Positions 27,335 through 39,333 of a stretch of DNA of 64,000 bases are shown here, piece after piece. Position 1 is the stretch's first letter, and the number at the start of each line of letters is the position of its first letter. The notes under the pieces are model-generated. The model searched no databases. It was given only the letters and a program-made list of their open reading frames with translations, and was not told the DNA's origin. The position numbers and the translations under genes are program-made. Source of the DNA: Balanoglossus misakiensis (lineage: Eukaryota > Animalia > Hemichordata); contig CM082583.2 in the NCBI GenBank assembly GCA_040954595.2, positions 2,427,060 through 2,491,059 on the forward strand, given 5' to 3'.

Positions 27335-28286
27335 GACTTAACATATCCACGACCAAAAATCGGTCGTGGGGGAATATACGTAGAGAAATCGAAGACTTAA
27401 CATAGCCACGACCAAAAAACCGGTCGTGGGAGAATATACGTATAGAAATCGAAGACTTAACATAGCCACGACCAAAAAACCGGTCGTGGGGGAATATAGA
27501 GAAATCGAAGACTTAACATAGCCACGACCAAAAAACCGGTCGTGGGAGAATATACGTAGAGAAATCGAAGACTTAACATAGCCACGACCAAAAAACCGGT
27601 CGTGGGAGAATATACGTAGAGAAATCGAAGACTTAACATAGCCACGACCAAAAAACCGGTCGTGGGAGAATATACGTAGAGAAATCGAAGACTTAACATA
27701 GCCACGACCAAAAAACCGGTCGTGGGAGAATATACGTATAGAGAAATCGAAGACTTAACATAGCCACGACCAAAAAACCGGTCGTGGGAGAATATACGTA
27801 GAGAAATCGAAGACTTAACATAGCCACGACCAAAAAACCGGTCGTGGGAGAATATACGTAGAGAAATCGAAGACTTAACATAGCCACGACCAAAAAACCG
27901 GTCGTGGGAGAAGATACATGTATGTCGAGAAATTGGAAATTAACATAGCCACGACCAAAAAACCGGTCGTGGGAGAAGATATGTCGAGAAATTGGAAATT
28001 AACATAGCCACGACCAAAAAACCGGTCGTGGGAGAAGATATGTCGAGAAATTGGAAATTAACATAGCCACGACCAAAAAACCGGTCGTGGGAGAAGATAT
28101 GTCGAGAAATTGGAAATTAACATAGCCACGACCAAAAAACGGTCGTGGGAGAAGATACATGTATGTCGAGAAATTGGAAATTAACATAGCCACGACCAAA
28201 AAACCGGTCGTGGGAGAATATACGTAGAGAAATCAAAGACTTAACATATCCACGACCAAAAAACCGGTCGTGGGAGAATATACGTA
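27335..28286 (-). repeat. Inverted counterpart array of about 16 copies, 58-65 bp, with two unit variants
   Basis: TTAACATAGCCACGACCAAAAAACCGGTCGTGGGAGAA followed by either TATACGTAGAGAAATCGAAGAC or GATATGTCGAGAAATTGGAAA. Confidence 0.97.
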
Positions 28287-28537
28287 ACATTATGCCCGAT
28301 TTGATAGGCTTGGCGCATGCGTGAATTCCATGCGTTGATAGTCCTCTTTGCGGCAACTGCTACTGCCTTTTAACGTACGCGAGCTTTAAAAAGGGTGTCT
28401 AGTGAGTTTATATTCATGATATTCGCGACTGTAAATCGGTCGTACGACCGGTCGTGGGACTTGGTCATGTGAATCGTTGGTTCATTTTGGGCCAGGAATC
28501 AGACGGAGCGCTCATCGAACGGACATTTGCATTATAT

Positions 28538-29281
28538 CCCCCCCCCCCAAAAAAGACGTACTGTGATCGGATCATATGACTAAGTGTCCAACCGAGCGCT
28601 TCTTGGACTCTTCTATTCTCTTGTGGGGACGGCCCGTTTGGGAGGGTGAGAGTGGCGAGTCACCTGAATGGTCTTAGACATTTATAAAAGAAACAAACTT
28701 TAATTTATTTTGGAACAAAACACTGGATTTTCTTAACAAAATTACTCTTTTATATCTTGGCCGTGAATGATCCATTTGTTGTTATGTTTTCTCTTTTTAG
28801 TGCAGGTGAGCGACCGATCTCCATAAAACTTGACCCTAAACCCTACTAACGAATACATGAGAAGTCCGGCGGCCAGTTTGCAAGTCGGCCAGCGCTTACA
28901 GTCGGCCAGTATTAGAAGTCGGCCAGTATGAGAAGTCGGCCTTGGTACTTTGGTACTTTGCGTTTTATAAATGTTTCACTACGAAATGTTTCCTTGATGT
29001 ACAGGAGCTGAGATATCTGTACAAATAGCCGACGAATTTTAAAAACTGTTGGAATCACTTCGCATGTATGTTAACAGTCACTTGCACTTAGCTGCGCTAT
29101 TGTGTTGTCAAGATTGTGTGTGTGTGGGGGGGGGGAACCGTCCAACTGAACATATTTAGTGCAATTATATTTTATTAAGCGTTGTTATAAGTAATCTGGG
29201 TCATTACTTCACTATTCGGGTTCAAGTTCAACAGCTGGCCGACTTCTCATTTGACGGGCACTGGCCGACTTCGCCTACTGG
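28538..29281. repeat. Right copy of the ~740 bp direct repeat
   Basis: Matches 22939-23680 and continues into ggccgacttctcaggacacc, which the left copy lacks. Confidence 0.95.
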
Positions 29282-31739
29282 CCGACTTCTCAGGACACCC
29301 TATTAACCCTAACCTTTAAGCCATAAAATCGTAAAAAGTAATGTCATAAGTTGCAGCTCATGTGCCTTTAAATAATAACATCCAAAAACCACAATTATAA
29401 GCACGAAATTCCAATAATTTTCAAGAGTAGGCGTGGTGAGGAGTGGATGTAGACAGCAGACACGCGTAAGCATAGTAAGCATTAGACTAGCCCACTAGTC
29501 TCTTGGTGATTTTTAAATCTCAATACTTTTTATGTTTTCGGTGATTTTTGTCTTAATAATTTCAATACTTTTTGCGTGCATGCTTGCCTTGAGCGTGTTT
29601 TTGCTAGTGAGGCGAGTTTCGAATTTGGGAATGAGCTTGTGGTTTCGGGTAGCGCGCGCCGACGCGTTCCCTACACATAATGAAGCCCGTAGACTTGGAG
29701 CAAGTCTGAGTAAGCATTTGAAAATGGCGTGTTTGGTTTGCGCGTTGTCCCCACCAGAGAATGGTAGTGTCCAAGAAGCGCTCGGCTGGCACACTTTAGT
29801 CAAAATGATCCCTATAATCTATATACTGTTGACAGTTACATGTAAACAACGCTGTCGCAATTCCTTGAAAAATGATGCGGACGCCCGGGAACGGGCACTT
29901 GAAAGTTATTACAACATTTTTGAAAGTATTGTCATTTTTAATGTGGATTTTTGGATTCTCCTTTGTATACATAATGGAAATCCATAATAAATATAGAGGT
30001 CACCGCGCTTGTTTTTTTAAAAACACGAGCCATGAATTAAGTCGATAAAAAAAGAAAACTACAGACTAAGTATTTATCACGAATGGTTTGTCTATGGGGA
30101 AATATTTAACGAAATATATCTCAAAATTGAGCGCGGTGACCATTCGATTTTACTGGAATGAATGAATGAATGAATTTATCTTTACTTGACAGAGCTATCG
30201 TGAACATTACAACAGTAGAAGTGGGTTTTCTAGCTATTCCACGTGTAATCCTATGGAAAAAAGATGAACGCGCGTAGTTTTCCAGTTTAATCTGGTACTG
30301 ACTGGATACCAAGTACCCCTGTCATTGCAATAGGTGTTAATAGTATTCTCCCTTTGCATGCAAATATCCTTGGGTCGCCCCTTTTGTCTCGATAAAATAA
30401 ATCAATACCGTGACAGCAGTGAACTGTAACCACCTGTATTTGTACAATAGTGTTTTTCCGAGTTGGACTGAAACACCAATGAGCGACGCGTTTCTCCGAA
30501 TGCTGAAATATGCTCTATGCGTTTTGGCGGTTGAATATATTTGAATATATTTTATTTGAACAAGACGTTCGAGAAACAAACCTCATTTTTTCACAGGGCG
30601 AGCTCCAAGCAACATCTTACAGAAGCGGATCTCTGCGTGCCCGTGTCTCCAACCTGCTGCGATGCGCACTAAAGATAAGTTTTCCTTTTACATTTGACAT
30701 GATTTACTGGTTAGACCTAAATTATATGTATACTTTCAGCCCGGTTCAAATCCATTGTACTGCATTTTCTGTGTATTTTACCGGTATTTTCGGAAAGACA
30801 CGCGCCTAAAATGTACCACGGTTGGGTACAAACGATTTGACCAACAGACATGTACACATGACGTTTTCGAATTTCGTTCTATGATTTGCATGATCGGTGT
30901 TTTTCAAAGAAAATAGGCTAAATCGATTGCAAAACGCGCCATAATTTCGCGATATTGGTAACCTTCATATGTAATTAAATGGGCCGACCGGTTTATAAAT
31001 TAGCTGTCCATATGAGCCAGGATCTGACAGCCGACCTGCAGACTCAGGCAGTTCGCACATGCACCACATTGCACCAACCCACTAACCCCTGTCTGGGGCT
31101 AGAGGTATGCTGCTAGATACCTATGGGGGTCCAAATTCTCCTAAAATTTTCGGTAAGAACAGTTTTTTTATGGGAAAGATAGGCGTTTGTCATTCACGCA
31201 AAAGTTTTTATCTGACACGCGAGATTTTAGTTAAATTATAGGTGACTTTTGCTATCTAAGTTGCAAAACGGCACAGCAGTTCATAATTTTTTATTCGGAA
31301 AGGTGGAAAGAAACTACATAGTTGCAAAACGCCACAATTTCGCGATATCGGCCGTCCAGTTTACAAATTAGCTGTTTGAAACTTTTCTGAAATGATAGGT
31401 GTCTTCGGTAAACTAAGTTGCATGTTATGTATAAAATAATGACACGGTTGATCGTTTTTATTCGGAACAAATAAAGAAACTGCGTGGTTGCAAAAAGTCT
31501 TCGCGATATCGGTCTTCCAGTTTACAGATTAGCTGCTTGAAACTTTTTTTTAAAACACGTTCGAAGATAAGGATGCGCGCCCAGACCAGTTCCACCAATT
31601 CTCTCGGCAATATCGCATAGGCCTAATTCACGAAGAAGCCCCGCGCCCAAGCTTCTCTGAAATTCCGTTTTTCGTTTCTCAACACCATTTCTTTTCCCCT
31701 TTCCCAGAAGAATATTTGAAAGTTTCATCCGTCCACACA

Positions 31740-32232
31740 AGTCTCTTTCTGCTTTCTCAATAGTCATCGTGTCAGAAGAGAAGACAACCAAACAGCAGAT
31801 TGGCACCGAGCGAGCGAGCAGGAAAGGCACATCTTTGATGACCGGATCTTCAAACTGCAATATTTGTCCGACAGACACACTTCGTTTTCGTTCCATGATT
31901 TTCCTGCCACACAAGTCTCTTTCTGCTGTCATCGTGTCAGAAGAGAAGACAACCAAACAGCAGATTGGCACCGAGCGAGCGAGCAGGAAGGGCACATCTT
32001 TGATGACCAGATCTCCAAACTGCAATATTTGTCCGACAGACACACTTCGTTTTCGTTCCATGATTTTCCTGCCACACAAGTCTCTTTCTGCTGTCATCGT
32101 ATCAGAAGAGAAGACAACCAAACAGCAGATTGGCACCGAGCGAGCGAGCAGGAAGGGCACATCTTTGATGACCGGATCTCCAAACTGCAATATTTGTCCG
32201 ACAGACACAATTCGTTTTCGTTCCGTGATTTT
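31740..32232. repeat. 3 x 159 bp tandem repeat
   Basis: tcagaagagaagacaaccaaacagcagattggcaccgagcg recurs at about 31772, 31937 and 32102. The spacing is 165 bp (55-codon repeat in the ORF track), so the unit is about 160-165 bp. Confidence 0.85.
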
Positions 32233-32528
32233 CGCGATTGGTGTTTTTTTAACTGACCCTTGAACGTGCAATATTTAAAGTTATAACGCGAACGCCCATA
32301 AGATCAATTTTTCATGGCCTTTACTTGTTTCAACAAAGTCATGCCAGAAGAAACCAACTTTGAAGTCAAGATACCGGTAAACCAGCCCATTCTCGCCATT
32401 CTCTTTCTGTCTTCTCAACAGTCAGATCCAGAAGAAATTAAAGAGAAGGCAACCAGATTTCACGAAGGAAGGCCCACGCAAAAGTCATGCTGGAAGAAAC
32501 GAAATTTGAAGTGAAGAAACCAGCAGTA

Positions 32529-33197
32529 AACCAGTCGCCATTGTAGGAGAAATGGACTTTAAAGAGAAGACAAAGAGAATCCAGCCCACGGCCCACCACC
32601 ACCACCCCACTCCACCAACCTCAGCATTACATATTCTTATTTGGCATCTTGCCACATTATATTAAACAGTTTCTTTCTGCTTTCTCAACAGTTACTGTGT
32701 CAGGTGAAATCAAATTTAAGGAGGAGGCAATCAGAATCCAGTGCAATCTTCAAACCAGTCGCCATTGTAGGAGAAATGGACTTTAAAGAGAAGACAAAGA
32801 GAATCCAGCCCGCGGCCCACCACCACCACCCCACGCCACCAACCTCAACATTGCATATTCTTATTTGGCATCTTGCCACATTATATTAAACAGTTTCTTT
32901 CTGCTTTCTCAACAGTTACTGTGTCAGGTGAAATCAAATTTAAGGAGGAGGCAATCAGAATCCAGTGTAATCTTCAAACCAGTCGCCATTGTAGGAGAAA
33001 TGGACTTTAAAGAGAAGACAAAGAGAATCCAGTCCGCGGCCCACCACCACCACCCCACTCCACCAACCTCAACATTGCATATTCTTATTTGGCATCTTGC
33101 CACATTATATTAAACAGTTTCTTTCTGCTTTCTCAACAGTTACTGTGTCAGGTGAAATCAAATTTGAGGAGGCAATCAGAATCCAGTGCAATCTTCG
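32529..33197. repeat. 3 x 224 bp tandem repeat
   Basis: aaaccagtcgccattgtaggagaaatggac recurs at about 32529, 32752 and 32976. Confidence 0.95.
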
Positions 33198-33279
33198 ACA
33201 TATTATGCTACGCATCCGTCTTTATGGTCAATCCATCTTTCCGCACATACTAATCAATTTCTTTGTGATTTCTCCACAG

Positions 33280-35970
33280 ATTTATCACACATACCCCAGG
33301 ATGAAGACCAGAAGAACCAGAACACCAAGAAGAAGACAAAGAAAAACCCAGTTTTAATTTCCGTATGTGTTATTCCATGTAATTAATGCACAATTATTTT
33401 AAAATATACTAACCATTTTTTCCCTTTGCTTCTTTCAACAGATACCCCCGGATGAAGACCAGAAGACCAAGGAGAAGACGAAGACAAGAATACCAAGGAG
33501 AAGACGAAGAAAAACCCAGCGTTAATTACGGTATGTGTTATTCCATGTATTAAATGCAAAATTATTTTAATATATTCTAACCATTTTTCCCCTTTGATTC
33601 CTTCAACAGATACCCACGGATGAAGACCAGAAGACGAAGACCAGAAGACCAAGACGAAGACCAGAAGACGAAGGAGACCAAGGAGAAGACGAAGACCAGA
33701 AGACCAAGGAGAAGCCCGAAGAAAAACCCAGCGTTAATTACGGTATGTGTTAATCCATGTATTAAATGCAAAATTATTTTAATATATTCTAACCATTTTC
33801 CCCCTTTGATTCCTTCAACAGATACCCCCGGATGAAGACCAGAAGACGAAGACCAGAAGGCCAAGGAGAAGACGAAGAAAAACCCAGCGTTAATTATGGT
33901 ATGTGTTTATCCATGTATAATATGCAAAATTATTTTAATATATTCTAACCATTTTTTCCCCTTTGATTCCTTCAACAGATACCCCCGGATGAAGACCAGA
34001 AGACGAAGACCAGAAGACCAAGAGGAAGACCAGAAGACCAAGGAGAAGACGAAGACCAGAAGACCAAGGAGAAGACGAAGAAAAACCCAGCGTTAATTAC
34101 GGTATGTGTTTATCCATGTATAATATGCAAAATTATTCTAAAATATTCTAACCATTTTTCCCCTTTGATTCCTTCAACAGATACCCCCGGATGAAGACCA
34201 GAAGACGAAGACCAGAAGGCCAAGGAGAAGACCAGAAGACCAAGGAGAAGACGAAGACCAGAAGACCAAGGAGAAGACGAAGAAAAACCCAGCGTTAATT
34301 ACGGTATGTGTTTATCCATGTATAATATGCAAAATTATTCTAAAATATTCTAACCATTTTCCCCCTTTGATTCCTTCAACAGATACCCCCGGATGAAGAC
34401 CAGAAGACGAAGACCAGAAGGCCAAGGAGAAGACGAAGAAAAACCCAGCGTTAATTACGGTATGTGTTTATCCATGTATAATATGCAAAATTATTTTAAT
34501 ATATTCTAACCATTTTTCCCCTTTGATTCCTTCAACAGATACCCACGGATGAAGACCAGAAGACGAAGACCAGAAGACCAAGACGAAGACCAGAAGACGA
34601 AGGAGACCAAGGAGAAGACGAAGACCAGAAGACCAAGGAGAAGCCCGAAGAAAAACCCAGCGTTAATTACGGTATGTGTTAATCCATGTATTAAATGCAA
34701 AATTATTTTAATATATTCTAACCATTTTTCCCCTTTGATTCCTTCAACAGATACCCACGGATGAAGACCAGAAGACGAAGACCAGAAGACCAAGACGAAG
34801 ACCAGAAGACGAAGGAGACCAAAGAGAAGACGAAGACCAGAAGACCAAGGAGAAGCCCGAAGAAAAACCCAGCGTTAATTACGGTATGTGTTAATCCATG
34901 TATTAAATGCAAAATTATTTTAATATATTCTAACCATTTTCCCCCTTTGATTCCTTCAACAGATACCCCCGGATGAAGACCAGAAGACCAAGGAGAAGAC
35001 GAAGACAAGAATACCAAGGAGAAGACGAAGAAAAACCCAGCGTTAATTACGGTATGTGTTAATCCATGTATTAAATGCAAAATTATTTTAATATATTCTA
35101 ACCATTTTTCCCCTTTGATTCCTTCAACAGATACCCACGGATGAAGACCAGAAGACGAAGACCAGAAGACCAAGACGAAGACCAGAAGACGAAGGAGACC
35201 AAGGAGAAGACGAAGACCAGAAGACCAAGGAGAAGCCCGAAGAAAAACCCAGCGTTAATTACGGTATGTGTTAATCCATGTATTAAATGCAAAATTATTT
35301 TAATATATTCTAACCATTTTTCCCCTTTGATTCCTTCAACAGATACCCACGGATGAAGACCAGAAGACGAAGACCAGAAGACCAAGACGAAGACCAGAAG
35401 ACGAAGGAGACCAAGGAGAAGACGAAGACCAGAAGACCAAGGAGAAGCCCGAAGAAAAACCCAGCGTTAATTACGGTATGTGTTAATCCATGTATTAAAT
35501 GCAAAATTATTTTAATATATTCTAACCATTTTTCCCCTTTGATTCCTTCAACAGATACCCACGGATGAAGACCAGAAGACGAAGACCAGAAGACCAAGAC
35601 GAAGACCAGAAGACGAAGGAGACCAAGGAGAAGACGAAGACCAGAAGACCAAGGAGAAGCCCGAAGAAAAACCCAGCGTTAATTACGGTATGTGTTAATC
35701 CATGTATTAAATGCAAAATTATTTTAATATATTCTAACCATTTTTCCCCTTTGATTCCTTCAACAGATACCCACGGATGAAGACCAGAAGACGAAGACCA
35801 GAAGACCAAGACGAAGACCAGAAGACGAAGGAGACCAAAGAGAAGACGAAGACCAGAAGACCAAGGAGAAGCCCGAAGAAAAACCCAGCGTTAATTTCGG
35901 TATGTGTTATTCCAATAATTTCTTTCATGCACTTTACTAACATTCTATTTCTATCTGTTTATCTCTACAG
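33280..35970 (+). repeat. Satellite of about 14 exon+intron-like units (156-212 bp)
   Basis: Each unit is TTCTAAC-pyrimidine tract-CAACAG | ATACCC..(GAAGAC-rich, 77-133 nt)..TTAATTACG | GTATGT with a 79-80 nt intron-like part. Confidence 0.9.
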
Positions 35971-37059
35971 ATCACACAAGACCTGGACCTGGATGCGCAC
36001 AGGGGCAGAGATTTGGGGGTATTGGGCCCTTCCCTGGGTAAGAACGAATTGTTTGATTTACTGTTCAAATTTCAGTTTGCAAACTGAGTTGTGGGACTCC
36101 TTCCTTTAGATAGGGACACACGGCCTTGTAATGGGATTCTGGGGGCAGGCCCTTTTAGAGTAGGTGCCGTCATAGTGGGTAGCTTCACGTGCTGACGGTG
36201 TAATCTAAACATTGGAAAAATGTGTTTTTCCAATGTTTGGAGACTAAACCCACTTCCCCAAAAATGTAAGCTGTCCTTTGAGAACCAAGTTCAAGAACAC
36301 AGTGAGATGTCTCCAGGAATGAAGTCCATGGTGTTAGAAGATCTTGCCTGGCAGTGTGTTCTGGATCATGAGATTATTGGGCATGGCAGCTAACCAGTGA
36401 TCAGGTAAATGATTGTACAGTGTTGCATTTCCCTGTCATGATGTTATATATGCATATTTGTGACATCTTTTTAAGACAACTAGATGATGTAAACAAAATT
36501 TAGCATTTTTAGAAGATGTCTAACTGTAGTAAGCCAAACACCAGTAAGAACTAAAATATCTCCACTGGAAAACACTGTTTGACCAGCCTTTTGATTGAAA
36601 ACCAAAAGAGACGTGTTCCTGTAGCAAATGGTTTCTAGGGAGAAATTTGAAAAGCAATGACTGTTCCAGATTTTGTTTTTTTCTTTGCTGGCTTTAGTTG
36701 ATTTTGTGGCTTGAATGTTTTGCAGGGTGGTGTGCAATTGGAGGAGAGAACTTGTTCAACATGAAGACCTCTGGAGAAGTTGTCTGTCCATCATGATGTT
36801 TCTGGAGCAAGACACTTGGAAAATAGGTCAGTCGTTGAAGTATCATCTAGAAAGGTAGTCGCTACCATTCAAATTAATGTCCTGATAGTCACGAAAGTTA
36901 TTCTTTCAATTTTTCTAATGACCTTCTTTGAAAAAAGGAGAAAAAAAATATAGGGTCCCCATGCACAATGTTCCAGAAAATGGTACCAAAACCACCCAAT
37001 TCAACAAAAATTGGGATATTTCGAAAATTAGGAGTTTTCTTCAGAAATCCAATGTTTAG

Positions 37060-38105
37060 AAATCAGCTATGTTAACACCTTTCCATTAATATAGTGATAC
37101 GTCAAATCAATGCAACTATAGGGCCATAGCACTATCGAGCTGTTTATCAAAATTATGCAAGGTCAATTTTCAATACACAGTTAATCAGCTACCTACACAT
37201 TAACAGGCTTATTACACCATTTTGGTTCAGGTTCAGAAAGAACACGAGAACATCATATTCTATGTTTGTTCCCAACACTGCAATAAACAAATGTGTCTAA
37301 ACTGAAAGGAAAAAGAGAGGAAGTTATTTATACTCTGCTTTTGTTGACTTGAGATAGGCTTCTGATTGTGTTTTGAAGAAGGATTTATTTTTGAAGTTGC
37401 TAAATTTTATCAGTCATTAATTAAAACAAGGTAGGAAAATGTTAATTACACAGTTGTCAAAGAGCTTTGAGACATCTTGTGGAGCTCAGCAGGGATGTAA
37501 TTTGTCTGCTTCATTTAAAAAAAATTCTAAATGATTGCACTGATATTTTGGGGGAAGCATCTGATTTTCTAGTCAAACTGGATAGTGTCAAGTTAAAACT
37601 GTATTATTTATGCAGATCGATGATTTATTGCTAATTTTAGAATCTACAAAAGGGCTTCAAAACTGTGAAAGCAAACTAGGTGTATACCGCCAACAATGGG
37701 AGCTCACAGTAAATGTCAAAACCAAATTTATGATTCTCAACAGGCCTAGGAATAGCAGAATGGTAAAAAAAACTGTGGCTTCAAAATTCATGGTGAAATG
37801 ATCAGTCAAGCCAAACAATTTGGTGTATGCTTAATACTCCTAATGGCAAATTTAAGCAAAACCAGTTACACTTGAAAATGAAAGCAATGAAAGCACTATT
37901 TACTGTTAGACGTTCAATTCTGTATGCTCCTCGTGCTGGTATTAGGAGTGAATAAGGTAGATTTCTAATCTGAATGAAAATGTTGAAATTCAGTACCCAT
38001 AATGTAGAATTATGGGTACTTGTCATCAGCAAAAAGAATTCAAATTATTTGATGTAAAATCTGGGTCACTGATGTTCAAGAGTATAAAAATTAAGTTAGA
38101 AAAAG
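37060..38105 (+). mobile_element. Decayed non-LTR retrotransposon reverse transcriptase (CR1/L2 group)
   Basis: Broken-frame motifs NYRAIALSSCLSKL, FRFRKN, YSAFVDLR, GAQQGCNLS and (YA)DDLLLILESTKGLQN, in RT order. Confidence 0.75.
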
Positions 38106-38110
38106 ACTTA

Positions 38111-38926
38111 GGCTGCATTCACAAACACCTCTGGAGGGGGGGGGGCGGGAGAATTCAATTTTTTTTACCGCTAATTTTCACATGCCCCCCTTCCGAACTG
38201 CCAATATTTTCAAATCCCCCCCTTCCGAACTGCCAAAATTTTGAAATCCCCCCCTCCCATTTTCTTTCACAGAGCAAAACACATCACCTATCTATCTTGT
38301 AAAAAGAAAAACAGCGCTCCCATGAAAAGAATTTGAAACTGATGTTTCCCCTCATCAGTGGGTATTAAAACTGCACATTGTTTTTATTTTTTAAGTACAT
38401 ATATTTGTATTCTGTGTTGAGAGACATTGTAAACCGAGAATTGAAGGGGGTGGGTTTGGGAGGGGGTGTCCCCCTCCCACGTAAGAAAATTTTCTAAAAT
38501 ACAGAGCTCAAAGCTGCATTTTAATGAACCCGCCAAACGCAAATTAACTCAACTACCGGTATGTTGGGGAGGACAACTTTAACCGTCGCCGCTCAAAGTT
38601 ATCATGGGGTGGGGGCAAGTCCCCTGACCTGGGACACTAGATAAACCAGTCAATGATTGAAAGGTGTTGATGAATGGAGGGGGTGGGTGTGGGAGGGGGT
38701 GTCCCCCTCCCACATTAGAAAATTTTGTAAAATAAAGGGCGCGAAACTGCATTTTTGTGGACTCAAAATAAATATTTAGTCGTTAAAGTTTTCAAGTCCC
38801 CCCCTTTCAGTCCCTAAATTATTTCAAATCCCCCCCCTTACATACCCTCAATTTTTTCAAATCCCCCCCCCCCCTCAATTCTCCTGCCCCCCCCCCCCCC
38901 CTCCAGAGGTGTTTGTGAATGCAGCC
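38111..38926. mobile_element. PIF/Harbinger-like family A copy
   Basis: Same TIRs as 14297-15099, with a TTA target duplication. Confidence 0.9.
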
Positions 38927-39136
38927 TTATGTAGAATCTTGGAAAATTTCTACATAATGTTGCAATTTTCAAAATAATTACTGAAATTTACAGCACTCTC
39001 TGATCGTGCATGTTGTGTACTAAATAAAATATGAATTAAAGGCTAGAGCGCATAACAAGTTTTCCGCAAAACTCTGTAGGATAGTCCTGTTAAAATTTTC
39101 ACATCTTGAACTGCTTAAATACTGAAAAGCCAACGT

Positions 39137-39163
39137 TCATTGACTGCGCCCTCTGGAGGCCAG
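39137..39163 (-). promoter_or_regulatory. CTCF-like motif upstream of TMEM220
   Basis: Minus strand reads TGGCCTCCAGAGGGCGCAG, close to the canonical TGGCCACCAGGGGGCGCTA. Confidence 0.55.
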
Positions 39164-39333
39164 TCTCGCGACCTCTGTTGACCTTGCAACAGGACAATAC
39201 TCGTCAGCTGGTTGTAAAATTGGCTCAGGTCAGGTCATTTGTTTGTGGAGTGTGTTGAACGCCTCCGATACATGGGGGACTGTTTTGCATTGATTTCCAT
39301 CATTCAAAATCTCCGGCGTAAATTGTCGGGACC

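Larger units (their letters stand above)
23685..28494. mobile_element. 4.8 kb non-autonomous foldback-type DNA transposon (TIRs plus inverted subterminal tandem arrays)
   Basis: TIR of about 120 bp, TGGCCCAAAATGAACCAACGATTC...CGTACGTTAAAAGG, mirrored at about 28361-28494. Opposite-facing tandem arrays lie inside, and the AT-rich core has no recognisable transposase. Confidence 0.85.

Noticed and set aside
23899-28286. CRISPR array (palindromic repeat plus spacer appearance)
   Set aside because: Spacers are identical rather than unique, there are no cas genes, the context is eukaryotic, and the arrays are mirror-image arms of a TIR element.
22939-29281. LTR retrotransposon (two long direct repeats)
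   Set aside because: No TG...CA ends, primer-binding site, polypurine tract or gag/pol; the interior is a TIR element.
29532-29987. 151 aa ORF
   Set aside because: No recognisable motif or splice context; it lies in repeat-like DNA.
31522-32271. 249 aa ORF and overlapping ORFs as real genes
   Set aside because: They are a by-product of an in-frame tandem repeat, open in several frames, with no recognisable domain.
33383-36109. Repeated 71 aa and 95 aa ORFs as a tandem small-protein family
   Set aside because: They read through obvious intron-like sequence in a low-complexity satellite on both strands.
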